From contig OZ245002.1 of the NCBI GenBank assembly GCA_965223415.1, positions 992,001 through 1,056,000 on the forward strand: DNA of 64,000 nucleotides, given 5' to 3'. Positions 37,237 through 46,543 of the stretch are shown here, piece by piece. This stretch comes from Myxococcota bacterium (GTDB lineage Bacteria; Myxococcota_A; UBA9160; UBA6930). Below the pieces are notes generated by a model. The model worked only from the letters and a program-made list of their open reading frames with translations. It ran no database searches and had not been told where the DNA came from. Every line of letters begins with the position of its first letter. Position 1 is the stretch's first letter. Made by a program: the position numbers and the translations under genes.

Positions 37237-38897
37237 AGTCGGAACACCCCGTAGCCATCGGCGCCCTCGACGGGCGTGTTGCGAACCACCGAAAGGCAGA
37301 TGCCGAGCACCGTGCGCGTATCGCGCGGGTCGACGATCCCGTCGTCGCTGATCGCGCCGGTGGCCTCGAGGGCGATCGAGCCCGCCTCCTGGCGCGCCTC
37401 CACCACCAGGCGGATCTTCGCATCCGCCTCCTCGTCGAAGGGCTCCCCCTTCCGGGCGGCCTGGCCGCGGCGCACGATCGACATCACACCGGCGATCTGC
37501 TTCCCGCCCATCACCGCGATCTTCGCGCTCGGCCACAGGAAGGTGAAGCGGTTCTCGAAGGCGCGGCCGGACATGGCGTAGGTGCCGGCGCCGTAGGAGT
37601 TGCCGAGGATCACGGTCAGGTGCGGCACCGTCGAATTGGTGACCGCGTTGATCATCTGGGAGCCCTTCTTGATGATGCCCGCCTGCTCGAAGTCCTTGCC
37701 CACGACGAAGCCGGTCAGGTTCTGGAGGAAGAGCAGCGGCACGTCGATCTGGTTGTTCAGCTGGATGAAGTGGGCGGCCTTCTCGGCGGTCTGGGGATTC
37801 AGCACGCCGTTGTTGCCGAGGATGCCGATCGGGTAGCCGTGGATGGAGGCCCAGCCGCACACCAGCGTCGTGCCGTAGCGCGGCTTGAACTCCTCGAAGC
37901 GCGAGCCGTCGACCACGCGGCCGATCACGTCGCGCACGTCCACCGGGCGCCGCAGGTCCGGGCTCATGATCCCGAGCAGCTCCTCCGGGTCGAGGGCCGG
38001 CTCGTCCGCCCGAAGGCTGGGCGGGGGACCCGCCTTCCTCCAGTTGAGGTGTGACATCACCTCCCGGCACAGGCGGAGGGCGTCGCGCTCGTCCTCGGCC
38101 AGGTACTCGCCCAGGCCCGACACCTCCGAGTGCATCTGGGCGCCGCCCAGGCTCTCGTCGTCGGAATCCTCACCGGTCGCCATCTTCACGAGGGGCGGGC
38201 CGGCCAGGAAGATCTTCGACTGCTCCTTGATGAGGATGTTGTAGTCGCTGAGGCCCGGCTGGTAGGCGCCGCCGGCGGTCGACGACCCGAACACGACGCA
38301 CACCGTCGGGATCTCGAGCTTCGAGAGCTCGATCATCTCGTAGAAGAAGCGCCCGGACTCGGCGAAGTGATCCACGCGTGCGCTGGCCGGGGAGGTGCTC
38401 TCGTTCTTGTCCTGGCCGCTGCCGGTGCCCATCCGCAGGTCGGCCCCAGCGGACTCGACGAAGCTCACGTAGGGCATGTGGTTGTCGCGGGCGATCTCGA
38501 GGGCGCGCATCCACTTCTTGCTGACGTAGGGCGTGAGCGCACCGCCGAGCACCGTCGGATCGTTCGCGAAGATCACGCACTCCACGCCCGCGATGACGCC
38601 GATGCCCATCACCGCGCCGCCGCCGATCGTGTAGCTCGAGTTGTAGGCGGCCAGCGGGCTGATCTCGAGGAAAGGGCTGTCGGGATCGAGGGCCAGGGCG
38701 ACACGCTCGCGCACCGGGAGCTTTCCGCGCTTGGCCAGGCGCTCGTGGTGATAGGCGCCGCCCCCCTGCTCGGCCTCGTCGAGCAGCCGGTCGATCTCCA
38801 TAAGCTTCTCGAGCATGGCGCCGCGGTTCTCCGCGAACTCGGGCGTGCGGGGATCGAGCCGCGAGCGAAGCGGCGGTGCGAGGAGAGGCGACGGCAT
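37233..38897 (-). CDS. Acyl-CoA carboxylase carboxyltransferase subunit (AtuC/LiuB-like)
   Basis: ESAGADL, GSSTAGGAY, LGGAQMH, SYGAGTYAMSGR. Confidence 0.92.
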   Translation of the reverse strand: MPSPLLAPPLRSRLDPRTPEFAENRGAMLEKLMEIDRLLDEAEQGGGAYHHERLAKRGKLPVRERVALALDPDSPFLEISPLAAYNSSYTIGGGAVMGIGVIAGVECVIFANDPTVLGGALTPYVSKKWMRALEIARDNHMPYVSFVESAGADLRMGTGSGQDKNESTSPASARVDHFAESGRFFYEMIELSKLEIPTVCVVFGSSTAGGAYQPGLSDYNILIKEQSKIFLAGPPLVKMATGEDSDDESLGGAQMHSEVSGLGEYLAEDERDALRLCREVMSHLNWRKAGPPPSLRADEPALDPEELLGIMSPDLRRPVDVRDVIGRVVDGSRFEEFKPRYGTTLVCGWASIHGYPIGILGNNGVLNPQTAEKAAHFIQLNNQIDVPLLFLQNLTGFVVGKDFEQAGIIKKGSQMINAVTNSTVPHLTVILGNSYGAGTYAMSGRAFENRFTFLWPSAKIAVMGGKQIAGVMSIVRRGQAARKGEPFDEEADAKIRLVVEARQEAGSIALEATGAISDDGIVDPRDTRTVLGICLSVVRNTPVEGADGYGVFRL

Positions 38898-38913
38898 GGG
38901 GCTCCTTTCGCGG

Positions 38914-38963
38914 TTGACAGTCGGGTAACACATGAGGTAACCAGATGCAACGCATATTACCCG
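38914..38963. promoter_or_regulatory. Divergent promoter/operator region of the Atu-like cluster
   Basis: TTGACA at 38914; GGTAAC twice; inverted CGGGTAA (38922)/TTACCCG (38957); AT-rich. Confidence 0.5.
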
Positions 38964-39016
38964 CCCCCCTTTGCCGGATCCTCCCCGGAAGGCGGCGCGC
39001 GGGACGGAGGGTCGGC

Positions 39017-40141
39017 ATGCGCAGCCAGCTCGCCCAGGAGATGGGTCTCGAGTTCCCCATCTTCGCCTTCACCCACTGCCGCGACGTGGCCGCCGCCGTG
39101 TCGAAGGCCGGCGGCCTGGGCGTGCTCGGGGTCGCGGCCCACTCCCCGGGCAGCGTCGACGCGGAGCTCGAGTGGATCGAGAAGGAGGTCCAGGGCAAGC
39201 CCTACGGGGTCGACCTGCTGCTTCCGACCAAGTTCGCCGGCAGCGACCGCGGCGGCTTCTCCGGCGAGCAGATGGACGAGCGCATCCCGGCCGAGCACCG
39301 TCGGTTCCTCGACGAGCTGCTCGAGCGCCACGACGTGCCGCCGCTTCCGGAGGACGCGCCGGTCGGTGGCGGGATCGCCGTCGGCTACGAGAAGCAGCGC
39401 GACCTGATCGAGCGCTTGTTCGAGCACCCGATCTCCCTGATCGCCAGCGCCCTCGGCCCGCCGCCCGCGTGGATGATCGAGAAGGGCCGCGAGAAGGGCG
39501 TGAAGGTGGCGGCGCTGGCGGGCACGGTGGAGCACGCGCGCCGCCACGTGGAGGCCGGCGTCGACCTGGTGATCGCCCAGGGCACCGAGGCCGGCGGCCA
39601 CACCGGCACCATCTCGACGATGGTGCTGGTGCCGGAGGTCGTCGACGCGGTGGCGCCGGTTCCGGTGCTCGCTGCCGGGGGCATCGCGGGTGGCCGCCAG
39701 CTCACCGCGTCCCTCGCCCTCGGCGCCCAGGGCGTGTGGTGCGGCTCGGTCTGGCTCACCACCGAGGAGGCGGAGACCCATCCGGTGGTGAAGGAGAAGT
39801 TCCTCGAAGCGGGCTCCGGCGACACCGTACGCAGCCGCTCGAAGACCGGCAAGCCGGCCCGCCAGCTGCGCAGCGCCTGGACCGAAGCGTGGGAGGATCC
39901 GCACAACCCGGATCCCCTCCCCATGCCGCTCCAGCCGTACCTCGTGCGCGAGGCCGAGGCGCGCATCTCGCGCACGGCCCACAACCACCCGGGCTCGGCC
40001 CAGCTGATCAACTACTACGTGGGCCAGGTGGTGGGCTCGATGAACCAGGTCAAGTCGGTCCGCTCGGTCATGGAGGAGTTCGCCCAGGAGTACGCGGATA
40101 CCATGGAGCGGCTCGACGAGTGGGCCCAGGCGGAGGACTGA
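39017..40141 (+). CDS. Nitronate monooxygenase/FabK-like flavoprotein
   Basis: AQGTEAGGHTG, VLAAGGI, GVWCGSVWL. Confidence 0.88.
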   Translation: MRSQLAQEMGLEFPIFAFTHCRDVAAAVSKAGGLGVLGVAAHSPGSVDAELEWIEKEVQGKPYGVDLLLPTKFAGSDRGGFSGEQMDERIPAEHRRFLDELLERHDVPPLPEDAPVGGGIAVGYEKQRDLIERLFEHPISLIASALGPPPAWMIEKGREKGVKVAALAGTVEHARRHVEAGVDLVIAQGTEAGGHTGTISTMVLVPEVVDAVAPVPVLAAGGIAGGRQLTASLALGAQGVWCGSVWLTTEEAETHPVVKEKFLEAGSGDTVRSRSKTGKPARQLRSAWTEAWEDPHNPDPLPMPLQPYLVREAEARISRTAHNHPGSAQLINYYVGQVVGSMNQVKSVRSVMEEFAQEYADTMERLDEWAQAED

Positions 40142-40144
40142 GCG

Positions 40145-40912
40145 ATGGATCCGGTGAAGGTCGAGACCCGAGACGGCGTCATGACCGCGACGCTCGCGGA
40201 CATGGGGAACCGCAACGCCCTGGGCGGCCCCTTGGTGCAGGCTCTCCACGATGCGATCGCCGCCGCCAATGCCGACGAAGCCGTGCGGGCGGTCGTCGTC
40301 ACGAACGAGGGCAACACCTTCTGCGCCGGCGCCAACCTGAAGGAGCGCTCGGGCACGAAGGCGACGGCGGCCGGCGACGTGTCCTTCGAGGACCTGCTGC
40401 ACGCGATCCAGACCTCGCCGACGCCGATCGTCGGGCGCATCGCCGGCCACGTGGTGGGCGGCGGCAACGGGCTGGCGGCGAGCCTCGACATCTCGATCGC
40501 CGACGAGAGCGTGAAGTTCGGCTTCACCGAGGTCCGGCTCGGGGTGGCGCCTGCCATCATCTCGGTGGTGTGCCTGCCGAAGATGCGCCACGGCGAGGCG
40601 CTGGAGGCCTTCATGCGGGGCAACCGCTTCCCCGCCTCCCGCGCCGCGGAGCTGGGCCTGATCAGCCGCGCCGTGCCCGCCGCCGAGCTCGACGCAGCCG
40701 TCGAGGAGGTGCTCGCGGACCTGCGCAAGGGCGGCCCGAACGCGGTGGGCTTCGCCAAGCGCCTGGTGTACGAAGTGCCGCGGATGGAGACGAAGGAGGC
40801 CTACCAGTGGACCTCCCGCCACTCGGCCGAGCTGTTCGCCGGCGAGGAGGCGAAGGAAGGCATGGCCGCGTTCCTCGAGAAGCGCCCCGCGCGATGGGCG
40901 GAGGAGAGCTGA
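40145..40912 (+). CDS. Enoyl-CoA hydratase (AtuE/LiuC-like)
   Basis: FCAGANL, GGGNGL, FTEVRLGVAPA, EAKEGMAAFLEKR. Confidence 0.9.
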   Translation: MDPVKVETRDGVMTATLADMGNRNALGGPLVQALHDAIAAANADEAVRAVVVTNEGNTFCAGANLKERSGTKATAAGDVSFEDLLHAIQTSPTPIVGRIAGHVVGGGNGLAASLDISIADESVKFGFTEVRLGVAPAIISVVCLPKMRHGEALEAFMRGNRFPASRAAELGLISRAVPAAELDAAVEEVLADLRKGGPNAVGFAKRLVYEVPRMETKEAYQWTSRHSAELFAGEEAKEGMAAFLEKRPARWAEES

Positions 40913-40913
40913 G

Positions 40914-42080
40914 ATGAGTCGACCCACACTGCGCACCGAGTTCTGCGAGCGCGTCGGCGTCGAGTACCCGGTGATCTCCGCGGGCATGGGGCCGGTGGCC
41001 GGCACCGGCGAGCCGGTGGCGACCGCCGAGCTGGCGGCGGCGGTCTCGAACGCCGGCGGCCTCGGAGTGATCGGAGCCGTGGCCTACTCCCCCGACCGGC
41101 TGCGGGAGGAGATCCGCAAGGTCCGCTCGCTCACCGACAAGCCCTTCGGCGTGGACCTCCTGCTCTCGCCGAACTTCCTGATCCCCCGCGGCCCCAAGCC
41201 GCCGCCCTCGGCGCCGCCGCGCGCGGACCGCCTGCCCCAGGAGCACCGCGAAACGATAAGGCGCGTCGCCGAGAGCCTCGGCATCGACCTGAAGGAGGCG
41301 CCGCCGGAGCAGCTCGAGATGGGCTCGTGGCTGGAGGAGGGCCAGAGCTGGGCCGGCTCCCAGATGGAGGTGGTGCTGGAAGAGGGCGTGCCGGTCTTCG
41401 CGTCGGGCCTGGGCACGCCGGGCCCGTTCAAGGAGGCCCTCGAGGCCCACGACGTGACGATCCTCGCGCTGGTCGGCACGGTGCGCGCGGCCCGCCAGGT
41501 GGCGGAGGACGGAGCGCACTTCGTCGTGGCCCAGGGCACCGAGGCCGGGGGGCACACCGGACGCATCGGCACCCTCGCGCTGCTCCCGCAGGTGATGGAC
41601 GCGGTGGCCCCCACCCCGGTGATCGCCGCCGGCGGCATCGCCAGCGGTCGGGCCTTGGCCGGCGTGCTCGCGACCGGCGCGGCCGCGGCCTGGTGCGGCA
41701 CGCCCTTCCTCGTCTCCGACGAGGCCAACCAGCCGGCGCTCCAGAAGCGCCGCATCCTCGACGCGGCCGCCGAGGACACGACCGTGACGCGGCTCTACAG
41801 CGGCAAGACCATGCGCAACATCCGCAACCCGCTGATCGAGGCCTGGGAGCGCGAGGGCCTCACCGCGCTGCCCATGGGCGCCCAGGGCCTCCTGATCCGC
41901 GACCTCCTGTACTCGATCCGCGAGGCCGGCAGGCCCGAGCTCCTGATGAACGCGGCGGGCCAGACCGCCGGCATGCTGCGGGAAACCCGCCCCGCCGCCG
42001 ACATCCTCGCTGAGATCGTCGCGGAGGCGGCTGGCATCCTGGCCGAGGGCCTCGGGCGCCGGGTCGAGGCGGCCGTCTGA
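40914..42080 (+). CDS. Nitronate monooxygenase/FabK-like flavoprotein
   Basis: AQGTEAGGHTG, IAAGGIASG. Confidence 0.88.
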   Translation: MSRPTLRTEFCERVGVEYPVISAGMGPVAGTGEPVATAELAAAVSNAGGLGVIGAVAYSPDRLREEIRKVRSLTDKPFGVDLLLSPNFLIPRGPKPPPSAPPRADRLPQEHRETIRRVAESLGIDLKEAPPEQLEMGSWLEEGQSWAGSQMEVVLEEGVPVFASGLGTPGPFKEALEAHDVTILALVGTVRAARQVAEDGAHFVVAQGTEAGGHTGRIGTLALLPQVMDAVAPTPVIAAGGIASGRALAGVLATGAAAAWCGTPFLVSDEANQPALQKRRILDAAAEDTTVTRLYSGKTMRNIRNPLIEAWEREGLTALPMGAQGLLIRDLLYSIREAGRPELLMNAAGQTAGMLRETRPAADILAEIVAEAAGILAEGLGRRVEAAV

Positions 42081-42877
42081 TGCTGCAAGTCGCTCGCGAT
42101 CTCCGCGACGAAGCCGACGAGCTCCACGCCTTTCTGCAGACCCTCGAAGCCGCGGACTGGGAGCGTACCACCCAGTTCATGGACTGGACGCCCTGGGACG
42201 TGGTGGCCCACCTGCACTTCTTCGACGAGGTGTCGTTGCTGGCGCTGACGGACGAGGCCGGCTTCGCGGCGCGGCGCAAGGAGCTGCTCGCGGCCATGGG
42301 CGCGGGCACGACGAACCAGTCCCTCGCCCGCACCGAGTACGGGGAGATCCCGCCCGCCGCGCTGACCCGGCGCTGGATCACCACCTGCCATGCCATGGCC
42401 GACCAGCTCGGCGCATCGGACCCGAAGCGGCGCCTGCCCTGGTTCGGCCCGGACATGGGCGTCCCGATGTTCACCACGGCGCGCCTGATGGAGACCTGGG
42501 CGCACGGCCAGGAGATCTACGACCTCGTGGGCGCCACCCGCGCTCCCACCGATCGCCTGAAGCACATCGCCACCATCGGCGTGAAGACCTTCGGCTGGAC
42601 CTTCGTGAACCGCGGCCAGGAGCCCCCCGGCCCGCCCCCCTACGTGCGGCTCACGGCGCCCTCCGGCGAGATCTGGGAGTGGAACGAGCCGAGCGAGACC
42701 GAGCGGGTGAGCGGCGACGCCCTCGACTTCTGCCAGGCGGTCACCCAGGTGCGCAACGTGGCGGACACGGGCCTCGAGGTCGAGGGCCCGGTGGCCACCC
42801 GATGGATGGCCATCGCCCAGTGCTTCGCCGGCGGTGCCGTCGACCCGCCGGAGCCCGGGGCGCGCAAGGGAGCGTAG
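42080..42877 (+). CDS. TIGR03084-like (MDMPI/DinB-superfamily) metal-binding protein
   Basis: WDVVAHL, PWFGPDM, TARLMETWAHGQ, AQCFAG. Confidence 0.82.
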   Translation: MLQVARDLRDEADELHAFLQTLEAADWERTTQFMDWTPWDVVAHLHFFDEVSLLALTDEAGFAARRKELLAAMGAGTTNQSLARTEYGEIPPAALTRRWITTCHAMADQLGASDPKRRLPWFGPDMGVPMFTTARLMETWAHGQEIYDLVGATRAPTDRLKHIATIGVKTFGWTFVNRGQEPPGPPPYVRLTAPSGEIWEWNEPSETERVSGDALDFCQAVTQVRNVADTGLEVEGPVATRWMAIAQCFAGGAVDPPEPGARKGA

Positions 42878-42878
42878 G

Positions 42879-44075
42879 ATGGACCTGGAGTACGGAGCGA
42901 AGTACGAGGCCTTCCGCGAGGCGGTGCGCCGCTTCCTCGAAGAGCACGCGGCGTCGCGGCCCAAGGCGAGCCTCTACGAAGCGCCGCGGGAGGAGACCGC
43001 GCGCTGGCTCTCGCTGCAGATCGAGCACGGCTACTGGGCGCGCACGATCCCGAAGGCCTACGGCGGCTACGGCGCCGACCCGGACCTCCTCGAGACGGTG
43101 ATCATGGACGAGGAGTTCAACCGGGCCGGCGTCTCCCGCGGCTTCATGGCCCAGGGGCCGTCGATGCTCGTGCCGACGCTGCTCCAGCACGGCACCGAGG
43201 AGCAGAAGCAGCGCTGGATCGCGCCGACCCTTCGCTCCGAGACGATCTGGTGCCAGGGCTACTCGGAGCCGGGCTCGGGCAGCGATCTCGCGAGCCTGCA
43301 GACCGCGGCGAAGGAAGACGGGGACCACTTCGTCATCAACGGCCAGAAGATCTGGACCAGCAGCGCCGACCAGGCGGACATGTGCTTCATCCTCGTGCGC
43401 ACGGAGCCGGGCGCGCCGAAGCATGCCGGGATCAGCTACGTGCTCATGCCGATGGACGCGCCGGGCATCGAGGTGCAGCCTCTGCGCACCATGTCCGGCG
43501 ACATCGGCGACAACTCCTTCAACCAGGTCTTCCTCACCGACGTGCGGGTGCCCCAGGCCAACGTGGTCGGCAAGCGCGGCGAGGGCTGGAAGATCGCCAA
43601 CACCACCCTCAAGCACGAGCGGGCGAGCCTCAACGCCAACGCCGAGGGCACCTGGATGCGGCTGCTTCGCCTGATGCAGAAGGAGACGACGAACGGCGTG
43701 CCGGCCATCGCGAGCCCGGTCTACCGGGATCGGCTGATGAAGCTCCAGGCCCGGGCCTTCTCGATGAAGCATCACGCCATGCGGCTGCTCACCTGCAGCC
43801 TGAAGGACGAGAGCCCCGGTGTGGCCGGCCTGGTGACGAAGCTCCAGAACTGCCAGCTGAGCTTCGACATGGCGGCCCTCGCCCTCGACGTGATGGGCGA
43901 GCTCGGAGCGCTCTATGACCACAGCAAGTACGAGCGCGAGCGCGGCTACTGGCAGGCGCACTCCTTCTTCTCCCTGGGGCTGATCATCGGCGGCGGCACG
44001 GCCCAGATCCAGAAGAACATCATCGCGGAGCGCGGGCTCGGGCTGCCCCGCGAGCCGAAGCCGGCGAAGGCGTAG
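42879..44075 (+). CDS. Acyl-CoA dehydrogenase (catalytic-type subunit of a tandem pair)
   Basis: WCQGYSEPGSGSDLASL, NGQKIWTS, LKHER, GGGTAQIQKNII. Confidence 0.92.
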   Translation: MDLEYGAKYEAFREAVRRFLEEHAASRPKASLYEAPREETARWLSLQIEHGYWARTIPKAYGGYGADPDLLETVIMDEEFNRAGVSRGFMAQGPSMLVPTLLQHGTEEQKQRWIAPTLRSETIWCQGYSEPGSGSDLASLQTAAKEDGDHFVINGQKIWTSSADQADMCFILVRTEPGAPKHAGISYVLMPMDAPGIEVQPLRTMSGDIGDNSFNQVFLTDVRVPQANVVGKRGEGWKIANTTLKHERASLNANAEGTWMRLLRLMQKETTNGVPAIASPVYRDRLMKLQARAFSMKHHAMRLLTCSLKDESPGVAGLVTKLQNCQLSFDMAALALDVMGELGALYDHSKYERERGYWQAHSFFSLGLIIGGGTAQIQKNIIAERGLGLPREPKPAKA

Positions 44076-44083
44076 GAAACCCC

Positions 44084-45160
44084 ATGGACTTCGGGCTCTC
44101 GGAAGACCAGCTCCTCCTCGAAGAGACCCTGCGCGGGTTCCTGGCGGACCGGGCGCCCATCACCCGCATCCGCGAGCTGCGCGACGAAGCCTGCCCCAAC
44201 GACCCCGGGATCTGGAAGGCCCTGGCGGAGCTGGGCATGACCGGTGTGCTGATCCCGGAGGAGCACGGCGGGAGCGGGCTCTCGCTGCTGGACGCGGCCC
44301 TCGTGGCCCAGTCCCTGGGGCACGCGGTGACGCCGACGCCCTTCCTGAGCTCCGCGGTGATGGTGCCGGTGGCGCTCGGGGCCGTGGGCGGCGGTGAGGC
44401 AGGCGCCTGGCTCGGGGGCATCGCCGGCGGCGAGCGGGTGTTCGGCGTCGCCGTGACCGAGACCTTCGCGGTCCGCGAGGGCGCCGGCCTGTCGCTCGAA
44501 GGAGGCAAGCTCTCGGGCAAGGCGATGATGGCCCTCGACGCCGTCGACGCCGATCACCTGCTGCTGGCGGTGGGGGGCGGTCGGCTCGCCGTGGTACGGG
44601 GCGACACGGCCGGGCTCGAGACCACGCGGCTCACCACCGTCGACGCCACTCGGTGCACCGCGGAGCTGGTGCTCGACGGTGTCGACGCGGAAGCGGTCTA
44701 CGAGAACGCGGGCAACGCCACGGCGCGCATGCTCGACGCGGGCCGCATCGCTCTCGCCGCCGACGCCCTGGGCGCCTGCGAATCGATGATCGCCCAGGCC
44801 GTCGCCTACGCCGGCCAGCGCAAGCAGTTCGACCGGCTGATCGGCTCCTTCCAGGCGGTGAAGCACATGTGCTCCGAGATGATCGCCGAGCTCGAGCCCG
44901 CTCGGGCGCTCCTCTGGTACGCCGCCCACGCCTTCGACGCCCTCCCCGACGAAGCCCCGCTGATGGCCTGCCACGCCCTCGCCCATGTCTCCGAGATCGG
45001 CCGCGAGATCGCCAGCACCTCCACCCAGGTGCACGGCGGCATCGGCTGGACCGACGAGCAGAACCTCCACTTCTGGTTCAAGCGCATCGCCAATGCCCGC
45101 CACCTGCTGGGCGGCCCGGAGCTCCTCCGCGAGCGCGCCGCCACCCTGCAACGGCTCTAG
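44084..45160 (+). CDS. Acyl-CoA dehydrogenase (partner subunit)
   Basis: RKQFDRLIGSFQAVKH, QVHGGIGWT. Confidence 0.9.
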   Translation: MDFGLSEDQLLLEETLRGFLADRAPITRIRELRDEACPNDPGIWKALAELGMTGVLIPEEHGGSGLSLLDAALVAQSLGHAVTPTPFLSSAVMVPVALGAVGGGEAGAWLGGIAGGERVFGVAVTETFAVREGAGLSLEGGKLSGKAMMALDAVDADHLLLAVGGGRLAVVRGDTAGLETTRLTTVDATRCTAELVLDGVDAEAVYENAGNATARMLDAGRIALAADALGACESMIAQAVAYAGQRKQFDRLIGSFQAVKHMCSEMIAELEPARALLWYAAHAFDALPDEAPLMACHALAHVSEIGREIASTSTQVHGGIGWTDEQNLHFWFKRIANARHLLGGPELLRERAATLQRL

Positions 45161-45228
45161 AAACGGGGCCAGAGTTAAGAATTCAGTTCCCTCTGGGGAA
45201 CTGAATTCTTAACTCTGGCCCCGTTTCT
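45159..45228. repeat. Long perfect palindrome, copy 2 (33-bp arms, TCTG loop)
   Basis: AGAAACGGGGCCAGAGTTAAGAATTCAGTTCCC-TCTG-reverse complement; lies between convergent genes. Confidence 0.92.
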
Positions 45229-45948
45229 TCATTTCCGGGCGAGGATCTGGCCTCGGCCCATCGGGCCCGGGTCGTCCCAGCGCGCGTCGAGACCGGCCTC
45301 GCGGAAGGCGCCGAGCAGCTGCTCGGGGGTCGCCATCCACACTTCGTAGCGTTCCTCGAAGCGCTCCACGCGGTCCGGGTACCCCACCATCCAGTGGGCG
45401 TCGATCAGGGTCATGGCGCCCTCGCGCCGGGTCGTCGTCATGCGGGCGAGCTTGGGCACCTCGTCCACGGCGGCATGAAAGCCGACCGTGTCGGGCACGA
45501 AGACGTCCGGTGTGATCCAGGGCTCGACCAGGGCCAGCCCGCCCGGCGCCAGGGAGCGCGCGATGCAGCGCGCCGAAGCCTGCAGCCGCTCCTCCGGGAA
45601 CACGTGCCCGATGGCGCTGAACAGGCAGGTGATCGCCTGGGCCGGCGGTTCGAGCTGGAAGTCCACCAGATCGCCGATCTCGAGCGGGACGTCCGGCAGC
45701 TTCTCCCGCGCCACGTCGAGGAGCTCCGGCGAGAGGTCGAAGCCGGCGACGTCGTACCACCTCTTCAGGTGGACCAGGTGCGCACCGGTCCCGCAGGCGG
45801 CGTCGACCAGACGCGCGCCGTCCGCGACGCCCTCCCCGCGGAGGGTGTCGCGGATCCGTGCGGCCTCGCCCGCGTAGTCCTTCCAGTGGTAGACGCGGTC
45901 GTAGAGGCGCGCGCGCTCCCCGTAGAGCCGGGGACCGCTCGTGCTCAG
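45229..45948 (-). CDS. Class I SAM-dependent methyltransferase (TylM1/DesVI-like); start uncertain, possibly CTG
   Basis: YDRVYHWKDYAGEA, VDAACGTGAHL, ITCLFSAIGH, VEPWITP. Confidence 0.8.
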   Translation of the reverse strand: MSTSGPRLYGERARLYDRVYHWKDYAGEAARIRDTLRGEGVADGARLVDAACGTGAHLVHLKRWYDVAGFDLSPELLDVAREKLPDVPLEIGDLVDFQLEPPAQAITCLFSAIGHVFPEERLQASARCIARSLAPGGLALVEPWITPDVFVPDTVGFHAAVDEVPKLARMTTTRREGAMTLIDAHWMVGYPDRVERFEERYEVWMATPEQLLGAFREAGLDARWDDPGPMGRGQILARK

Positions 45949-46382
45949 ACCCTCTGGCGTCGCCGCCCGGCGGCCGCCAGGCCGGCGAGACCGAGGCCGA
46001 GCATCGCCGCCGTGCCGGGCTCGGGCACGGTCGTGCCGACGAAGTCCATCACGACCCGGCGCGGGCCCCGGAGGGTGAACTCGTGCTCGTCGCCGGTGAG
46101 CGTGATCGTGCGGCGCTTCTTCTTGCCGCTGCGCTTCACGATCAGGAGATCGACGTCCATGCTGGTGCCGGAGCTGATCGAGGACGTCCCGGCGCTGTCG
46201 CTGAGGGAGACCGTGAACGTCGCCCGGCCCTTGCGCCGGGACTTGAACACGATCGTGTCCGCGTCGACCTGGACCACCCGCGCCCGTCGCGCCGCCGTGA
46301 CGTCGACGCTCAGCGCCTGGGCGGTTCCCGCCCACAACACGGCACCGGCCAACGCCACCATCCCCATTGCCTTGATCCGCAT
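45945..46382 (-). CDS. PEP-CTERM sorting-domain protein
   Basis: Signal peptide (AQA); C-terminal VPEPGTAAMLGLGLAGLAAAGRRR. Confidence 0.88.
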   Translation of the reverse strand: MRIKAMGMVALAGAVLWAGTAQALSVDVTAARRARVVQVDADTIVFKSRRKGRATFTVSLSDSAGTSSISSGTSMDVDLLIVKRSGKKKRRTITLTGDEHEFTLRGPRRVVMDFVGTTVPEPGTAAMLGLGLAGLAAAGRRRQRV

Positions 46383-46543
46383 TGTTCCCTCCAACCGCTC
46401 GGAGCGGGGTGTGATTCCGGTACGGATGGGTGGTTCGGGGCCCCCCCTTGTGTCACGAGGGGGCCAAATGCGAGTGCCTCACCGTCGGATCGCGGGTCCC
46501 TCGGGGGCTGGGCGCTCCGGAGCCGACGGGCGATCCTGGCGGG

